Shown in pieces: positions 55,654 through 64,000 of a stretch of DNA of 64,000 nucleotides. Each line of letters opens with the position of its first letter. Position 1 is the stretch's first letter. This DNA comes from Octopus sinensis (Eukaryota): positions 103,850,001 through 103,914,000 of the forward strand of contig NC_042998.1 of assembly GCF_006345805.1 (NCBI RefSeq), read 5' to 3'. Both the position numbers and the translations under genes were made by a program. Below the pieces are notes generated by a model. It saw only the letters and a list, made by a program, of their open reading frames with translations, ran no database searches and had not been told where the DNA came from.

Positions 55654-55990
55654 AAATACATATATACATATACATACATATGTATTCATACATATATTTA
55701 TATATATATATAATCATACATATATATATACATACATATATATATATATACATAAAGCCCTACCTCAAAATGGCTTTCTTAGAGACTGAGAATAAAATCA
55801 GACTCTCCCATGAAAATGAAAGGGTAAACATGGAAGCCAGGGCGGTGGAAAATATAAACAGGTACCCTAAAGTCTCCTTACAAGTTCGCTACAACTCAAA
55901 GCACAAAGAACACTATCTTAATGAGATGACAATGGAGAGAATGTCCCTATGGTCGCAGAGCGAGATCACCGATGATTTCGCATTTTGATG
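55150..55990 (+). mobile_element. Possible highly decayed PLE GIY-YIG region interrupted by microsatellites
   Basis: KAVYQC...EAEDFKL...H spacing resembles PLE endonuclease; heavily broken. Confidence 0.3.
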
Positions 55991-56122
55991 CTTAACGCAT
56001 CTTAACGCTCATCAGTAGCTTTCACCGCACCTAGGATTAAACTTATCTCACCTTGTCAGCTTATAAGATAACCGTTAAAATCATATGCATATTTCATAAA
56101 CGATAGTGCGAGAACCATTAAT

Positions 56123-56370
56123 AACATGGGTGACTAATTCGCAATTTTACAACCGAAAGGCAGGAATATATACGTCACTAGAGTGAAATAGGGCACTAAT
56201 CAGCACTAGAATTGTTAGAAGTAAGACTTCAAACAACTCAATAGCCACAAAAAGCACTATTTTGACTCTTATTTCTAGCAAAATTGCTGCTCATTAGTGC
56301 CCTTGTTCCCTTTAGTGATGTGCATATTTCTGCCTTTAGGTTGTAAAATTGTGAATTTGCCACCCATGTT
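56123..56370. mobile_element. Old palindromic MITE (~110-bp diverged arms)
   Basis: aacatgggtgactaattcgcaattttacaacc... is the inverted match of ...ggttgtaaaattgtgaatttgccacccatgtt; no TSD recognisable. Confidence 0.65.
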
Positions 56371-56484
56371 GTGAGCGAGACTGATTTTATCTCCGTAATT
56401 TTGTGCGTATACTTAATTTCGTATATTGATTAAATAACATAATCTTTTTATTTTCACAAATTTATTGAGCACATATATATATAT

Positions 56485-56858
56485 CGCGGCATTCCGTCGG
56501 TTACGACGACGAAGGTTCCAGTTGATCCGATCAACGGAGCAGCCTGCTCATGAAATTAACGTGCAAGTGACTGAGCACTCCACAGACGCATGTAACCTTA
56601 ACCAGGGAGATTCAGCATGACACAGACTGTGACAAGGCTGGCTTTTTGAAATTCAAGTACAACAGACACAGGAAGAAAGAGTGAGAGAAATTTGTGGTGA
56701 AAGAGTACAGCAGGGTTCGCCACCACCCGCTGCCGGAGCCTCGTGGAGCTTTAAGTGTTTTCGTTCAATAAGCATTCACAACGCCCGGTCTGGGAATCGA
56801 AACGGCGATCCTACGACCGCGAGCCGGTGCCTTAACCATCGGGCCATTACGCCTCCAC
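56485..56858 (-). mobile_element. tRNA-derived SINE family C, tail type 2
   Basis: Head gtggaggcgtaatggcccgatggttaagg and body align with 17201-17494 up to ctctcactctttc.tcctg; a different tail follows. Confidence 0.85.
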
Positions 56859-57475
56859 ACACACACACACACACATATATGTATGTATGTATGTATGTAT
56901 GGATGGATGGATGGATGGATGGATGTTTTGATGCGAATTTCGTAATTTCATAAATCGGAACATTATAATGATGTCGATTACAAACACACACAAACACGTA
57001 CACACCTACATGCATGTATCCATATGTGCATATACATAAATACACACACACATTCACACATACGTATGTGTTTATTAATGTAGGTGTATAGGTGACTATA
57101 TTTTGTAATTAATATTGATGCTGTGCGTGCGAATGAGAGAGTAATTTTGTCTCCTTGATTTTGTGTGTTTTGCGTATACTTAAGTTCCTCTATTGATTAA
57201 ATAAACATAATCTTTCTATTTTCACAAATTTCTTGAGCACATTATGATTCCCATATCGTTTCCTGCGCTTAACATTGAATGAAACTAGTGGTCCTAAGAA
57301 TTTAAGTAATATTTTAGAAACAATGAAAAAATCAGCCATTACATCTAGTCAGAGACAAAAGCTTTATTCTTTAGCAACTCCACCCATTTTCAGGAGTGAC
57401 GATGTTGTGGAACGAAAATCGGCATTTTAACAATAAGTGTACTATCACAATGCATTTCAATGCACAACAGAAGAA

Positions 57476-57739
57476 TTTCTTCTTCTTCTTTTTCTTCTTC
57501 TTCTTCTTCTTCTTCTTCTTCTTCTTCTTCTTCTTCTTCTTCTTCTTCTTCTTCTTCTTCTTCTTCTTCTTCTTCTTCTTCTTCTTCTTCTTCTTCTTCT
57601 TCTTCTTCTTCTTCTTCTTCTTCTTCTTCTTCTTCTCTTCTTCTTCTTCTTCTTCTTCTTTTTCTTCTTCTTTTTCTTCTTCTGCTCCCAATACTTATGA
57701 TTACTCATAGCAACTGCATCAACAGTAGCAGCGGTAGTG

Positions 57740-57800
<61 letters not shown>

Positions 57801-57880
57801 CGGTGGTGGTGGTGGTGGTGGTAGTGGTTACAAAAGAAGTAATATTTGTTGTCATCGTCATCGTCATCATCATTTTTATT
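57476..57880. repeat. (TTC)n array followed by (TAG)/(TGG)/(CAT) arrays
   Basis: Directly visible. Confidence 0.97.
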
Positions 57881-58109
57881 ACTTTTGAACAACACAGCAA
57901 TTTCGCTGAAGAATGTAGCAAGGTGTCAGCTGTCCGCAACCTGTGGACTGAGGTAATATGTTTCATTCTTATATCGAGAACTCTTCAGATAATTTGTGCT
58001 GTTCCGGGCAACACTGTTTTCTGTAAATGCTCTATCTTTACGTTTATACGTGTCTTTTCTGTCCCGTTTCCGAGTTTTGTGCGTATAAGTATTCGAGGCT
58101 CCAACAACA

Positions 58110-59500
58110 GTGGATAAAACACTCACCTGGTATGACCACAGTTTTTTTTTTCATTTCCCACTTCAAATCATCATATTTCTTCCGATATCGTGTAGTCTTC
58201 ACGGTATACAGTTTATATGATTAAAAACTTTTGTTCGTCTTTATTTACAACCACTCTGTCTGGATGTCGATGTTTACTTTTGTGATCATACTGGATCATT
58301 AACTTTCCCTTGTCATTCTTAATTACTCTTTTTAGGATCTTCCTTTCCACGTCTTTGTTGTATCCAACCCATGCTTGAGACGCAGCTCCCAATTAATCAC
58401 CCTTGTATCTTCATTTTTGCACATTTTTGTTTCTTCTTATGAAATAATTTTTATTTTCGCCAACTTTGAGCACTTAATTACTATATGCCATAGAGTTTCA
58501 CTTTTATTACCGCTCAGCCTGCATTCGTCACAATCAATTGTGTAGCCAATAATGCTTTTTTAGGAATTTGTCCCAAGTGTTTTTTCTTGTGCACCTACCA
58601 TTGTCTCTGGCTTTAAGTTACATCCATAGCCAGCGCCACTTGCCACAGGAATCGTGCATCTTTTTACCATTTCATTTCCTTTCGCCTTCCTTAGTATATT
58701 CTTCTATGCGCTCCTATCTCTCTTGACTTTAACACATATTTTCCCCTGAACCAGCAACTCTCCAATAGCTGTCTTGATATACCATCCCCAGCTATTTCTT
58801 ACTGAGCATATACAACTTTTACAGCTAATTCGCTCTCGCCCACTATTGTGCCTGATTAGTTATTGCCTGTCAGTATCCCATTTAGGATGAAATGCTGCTT
58901 GGTTTGTCATTAATTTTCGGCTTAGTCTATTTAACTCCTCTTTCCTCCAGTAACTGAATCATAGTTCAATAAGGGAATCATCCACGTATTGATTGCTTGA
59001 AACTTATTTCTTCCAATCAGTTCTGAACGCCGCTCCAGTCTAAGTCTTCGGATATACTCTTGCATAAATTTGTTCTTCATTTCATCTTCTATCACTTCAT
59101 TCCCTTCCAATATGCCAAGTTATTTATATTCAACGTCGTCAGTTCTTCTCATAATTTCCCCTGATGGTAACTCTATATCTTTAAGCCTGGTGATCTTCCC
59201 TCTTGTCAAGAATATTACTCCACACTTCTTTAAATCAAATTCTGTTTTCATGTCGTTGCCAAGACTATGAATTGTGTTCACTAAAGAAATGGCCTGAGCT
59301 TAAACCTTAAAATACAGTTTGAAATCATCAATAAATAATAGACAATTGCTCTTTTTCTGTTTTTCTTCTTTAAACTAATATACAAATGTTATTTTTCTCG
59401 GTAGCAATATTAAAGGATTCATGCATAAAACGAATCATTAAGAGAGACGCTGTTGCCTTGAAAAATCCCCCTCGTTATTCTTAATGTCTCTTACAGTTAA
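58110..59500 (-). mobile_element. Decayed R4/Dong-type LINE (RT C-terminal half to RLE)
   Basis: RGIFQGNS, LLFIDDFKLY, SLVNTI...EFDLKKC, RGK...IELPSG, YK*LGILE and KYDDLKWE...VVIP in broken minus frames. Confidence 0.85.
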
Positions 59501-60276
59501 TCTAGCACGGACTTCCTCCGTTTACAACCTTTCATCTTTCATCACCGGGGCTACCTAATCTCTATAGCAAACTGCAATGTATCCTAGAGAAGACCATTCT
59601 AAGATTTAGAGCTACGAATATATAGCTGTTGTTTATATAGCTGAAACATCGTTCTTATTTATAAATTTTACGGATTGATATACTAAATAAACTGGCATCT
59701 AGATTATAATGCTGATAATAATGCTATTGACAACAATGTTTTTTTGCTTTTCTTCAAGAAGGTATAATTCAAAAGAACTCTTGCAATACAAGAAATTATT
59801 TTATTTCCCCAATTTTGTTTAAATATTTTGCCATTTAGAATGAACTCCTACATTAAATCTACATTAGGTGCAAGGTGATGGTGTTAAGCAGTGCGATGGA
59901 CACAATTCATTGAGGTGAAGATGTAAGAAGGATCCTAGTTGGTTCAGCTAGAAGCTTAGTTGTTATGCTAATCTAAAAGTTGGTCAAAGGTAATACAAGA
60001 CCATTGTAATTAGAATTTCAAGACATTAATTACTAACACGTGGGTTTTTTAAATAAGTTGAAATTAAATATCAAAGAATTTTTGGATGATGCAAAATCTA
60101 CAAAACGGAATAAATCTTCACAAATGCACAAGTGGGTGTGTGTGTATCAAAAGTTCACGAAGTATTTGAGGATACCCAACAGTAACAAGATCAGATATTT
60201 TTCTCTGACTCCATCCAAGCCTAGCTGACCTGTCTTTAAAGGTAGTCTAAAAGCGACAATTTCCTGTGAAGGATTA

Positions 60277-60643
60277 TCTCTCTATATATAAACGGCAGTT
60301 TGTCTGTGCGTGTTTCTGTGTGTCTGTTTGCTTGTACCCTCACCCTGACCACGGCTTTCAACCGATTCTGATGAAACTTGACACACACATAGCCCAATGT
60401 CATAATTCAAAACTAACGCAGCGAAAATTTTGAAAAGTTCCCCCAGTTCTGAAAAAAATCGATAAATTCGACATGGGGTCGAGAATCAGAAACACAAACC
60501 ACAGACTGTCTAGGGGACGCAACTCGACCTTTTTAACTTAAAAAAATTTACCATTTTCTTTCCATTTTTTGGCTATAACTCTCTAAAAATGCTTTATAGT
60601 TATTTCCCTTACAAACCCGAGCAACGCCGGGCGATACTGCTAG
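60277..60643 (+). mobile_element. Complete non-autonomous Helitron (367 bp)
   Basis: 5' TC after A (60276); 3' hairpin CCCGAGCAACGCCGGG (60616-60631), 8-nt spacer, CTAG (60640-60643) followed by T; A|T insertion with no TSD. Confidence 0.9.
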
Positions 60644-61378
60644 TATTATATACAGTATCATTTCCGTATTTATGTTGTTAGTGATGTCGATTCTGACACT
60701 AACATCTGCAATGTGTACTTCCATTTTTAAAACGGTAAGATGCGATTTGAAGGAGTTTTGTCAGCCATTTCTATTGGGCATGTCATTGCATAGGTGAAAT
60801 TTTGTTCGCTGTCTTTCTCCGTGTGGAATACATAATGTGACTGCTTCCATGCAGACGTCATTTTACATATATCCGTACTTAACATCAATCATCCTAATCT
60901 TAACAGTCACTAAAGTCTTCAATGTTCCTTTCGATTAACAAAACCCTATGAAAAAAAATTGAATTATTAAATCTATTACAAGTCAGAAATTTTAAGAAAT
61001 ATGAATGAATGAATTATTGAGATGGTAAATACCTTTTTTTCTTTTTACCAATAAGTCAATAATAAGTTGGTGTACTACACAGATATAATAGAAGCAATAT
61101 CAACAATCATAATAATAAAATAAGTAAGAAAATGAATAATGGCAATATGTGTGTCTTCTTCCCTTCTCCAACGTCTTAATTTATCCAATCAGTGAGGTTC
61201 TTCATCGTAGAAGTAAGAGATTTGCCAATTTTATTGGATTCATATGAATTATCAATTGTCGTACGGAAAACGAGAATGTGGAAATATATATATATATACA
61301 TACATACGATCATATCTATATGCAAAGATGTACAGGTATGTATATGTATGTATATATGTATATGTATACATATATATA

Positions 61379-61426
<48 letters not shown>

Positions 61427-61506
61427 ATATATTCATATACATATATATTCATATATGCATATATACATATATATATATATGTATATATACATATATGTAT
61501 ATATAC

Positions 61507-61558
<52 letters not shown>

Positions 61559-61589
61559 GCACACACAGATATTTATATACATTATATAT

Positions 61590-61622
<33 letters not shown>

Positions 61623-62097
61623 CACGTTCATCTGTATGAATGTGTGCGTCAGCAGTCATTTATATGCATATATTCATATATCAATATACACGTACATATG
61701 CATACATACATACTTATGTAAGAGCAATTGCATCATCGAGTGAACGGCTACTGTTGTCACATAATAGATCAATTAGCCGACTTACACCATATATTTAGTC
61801 TAGCAATTAACTGGAATTCATTCATTCGATAGATATTGCAATACGCTGAAATATAATTCGGCAGCTTTCATCTTTCATAGCTTAAATATAGGCCAAGCTC
61901 TATCACTGAAAACCCGTTTCATTTATCCACGGTGAAATATACAATTTTGATTGCGTATACAGGCTAAGGACTTCATACAAAGGAATATGTCTATGGATGT
62001 GTACACTTATGTAACAATGTGTATGAATTTACCTAGGAATATCGCTGTCTTCTCTATGTACATACGTACATACATACATACATATATATGTATGTGA

Positions 62098-62132
<35 letters not shown>

Positions 62133-62193
62133 CACACACGATCATATACACATATACATACACATATACATACACACAAATACACACACACAC

Positions 62194-62267
<74 letters not shown>

Positions 62268-62353
62268 GTATATATCTATATATACGTGTTTCAGTCTGTG
62301 TATGTGTGGATATGCATGTTGTGTATGCATGTATTGATACACAGGCACACACG

Positions 62354-62427
<74 letters not shown>

Positions 62428-62969
62428 CACACACAAACTCACATCAGATAAACATATCATTTTGCTTCTGCTTGCAAGTTAGCATATTTGTACTTACCTA
62501 TAAATATGTGTTTAAACATGCATATTTATCTCTTCAATATAAAATAATGCGTACGTGTATGTGTGAGAGAGTCTGTGTGTGTGTGTGTGAGTCTCTGCGC
62601 ATGCGTGTGTGCTCCTGTGTGTGTATGTGTGTGTGTGTGCGTAAGTGCATGTGTGTGTGCGTGTGTTGTAGTGTTACAGTTGTTCAGATTCTGCTGTGCT
62701 GGTTGTTTAATATATTTGTGATAATTTGCAATATTCATCCAATTTTATAAAACTAATCTTTCTCGTTGGTTAGTTTATCAAACATAATTTCATTTACTCA
62801 TACAGGTAAAATCATCGCAAGTAATCGACATAAATTTGCATTTCAATTACGCGCACGCACACACACATACAACATATACACATGTATGTATCTATATACA
62901 AAACTTCATAAATGCATTTAACGTATATTTATATATAAATGCGTGTACGTACGTACGTGCGTACGTAAG

Positions 62970-63003
<34 letters not shown>

Positions 63004-63150
63004 TGTATGTATGTATGGATGTATGGATGGATGGATGGATGGATGGATGGATGGATGGATGGATGGATGGATGGATGGATGTAGGTATGTATGTATGTAT
63101 GTATGGATGGATGGATGGATGGATGGATAGAATTCAAAATTGATAGATAA

Positions 63151-63253
<103 letters not shown>

Positions 63254-63628
63254 GTTTGTGCTCAATCACTTTTTTACTAAAAGCCGTTATTGACCTGGAC
63301 CAGTACTGAGGCTTCGTTTTAAAGATTTTAGTCGACTATACAGAACTTCGAACAAAACCTTTTACTTACTTCAGAGTTATACGAAATATATATATTAGCC
63401 GTTTGGGTAAGAAGTGATTAGAGAATACAGCTGTTTCTGTTCGAATGTACCGGGTTTCAAAACAAGGTATATCCTTATCCAGTATGTCATTCTTTTTCAA
63501 GTAGTTAGGTTATGAACTGTGGAAATTGTGGTTGCTTTTCCTAGCGATTATGTACAGGTTCTTCGTGTTCATGCATTTAAAGTTGTTTGGTGTAGATGGA
63601 AAATGGCGACTTCTAATACTATCCATTC

Positions 63629-64000
63629 ATTTCTACTCTTGTCACAAGGCCCGCAATTTTGGGGGAGGAGCCAGTCGATTACATCGACCCCATTACGCAA
63701 CTTGTACTTAATTTATCTACCCCGAAATGGTGAAATGCAAAGTCGACCTCGGCGGAATTTGAACTCAGAACGTAATGACAGACGGAATACCTATTTCTTT
63801 ACTACCCACAACGGGCTGAACACATAGAGAACAAACAAAGACAGACAAACGGATTAAGTCGATTATATCGACCCCAGTGCGTGCATAACTGATACTTATT
63901 AATCGACCCCGAAAGGATGAAAGGCAAAGTCGACCTCGGCGGAATTTGAACTCAGAACGCAGCGGCAGACGAAATACCGCTAAGCATTTCGCCCGGCGTG
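63629..64000 (-). mobile_element. Two tandem SINE family B copies (second runs off the window)
   Basis: gcaaagtcgacctcggcggaatttgaactcagaacg at ~63737 and ~63924. Confidence 0.85.

Noticed and set aside
58115-58135. Strong minus donor CAG|GTGAGT
   Set aside because: Upstream sequence is LINE coding (KYDDLKWE...VVIP), not a host exon; exonisation cannot be excluded without RNA data.

Overview
AT-rich, repeat-saturated eukaryotic DNA. The SINE types and the extreme (TA)n/(CA)n/(GATA)n/(AAT)n load point to an octopus or other coleoid cephalopod (inference, not a database match). No intact, recognisable host gene, rRNA, tRNA or CRISPR array is visible, and almost all ORFs in the track are microsatellite translations or antisense frames of transposons. 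The window holds three 5'-truncated copies of an L1/Tx1-type LINE, each sitting between (GATA)n arrays; decayed R4/Dong-type LINEs among (AAT)n arrays; Penelope-like (PLE) fragments; tRNA-derived SINEs; an internally deleted piggyBac with TTAA on both sides; a complete non-autonomous Helitron; several palindromic MITE/foldback elements; and a 1.17 kb tandem duplication. Best leads: (1) an apparently (TCTA/TAGA)n-targeting, recently active LINE; (2) hammerhead-ribozyme folds whose cores are repeatedly non-canonical (CUGUNGA, CCGACGA); (3) an 856-bp foldback with telomere-like repeats; (4) an unidentified ~1.1 kb decayed intronless reading frame. Many 1-nt homopolymer indels suggest some frameshifts may be sequencing errors. 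Coordinates were read by eye; ends of degraded elements are approximate.
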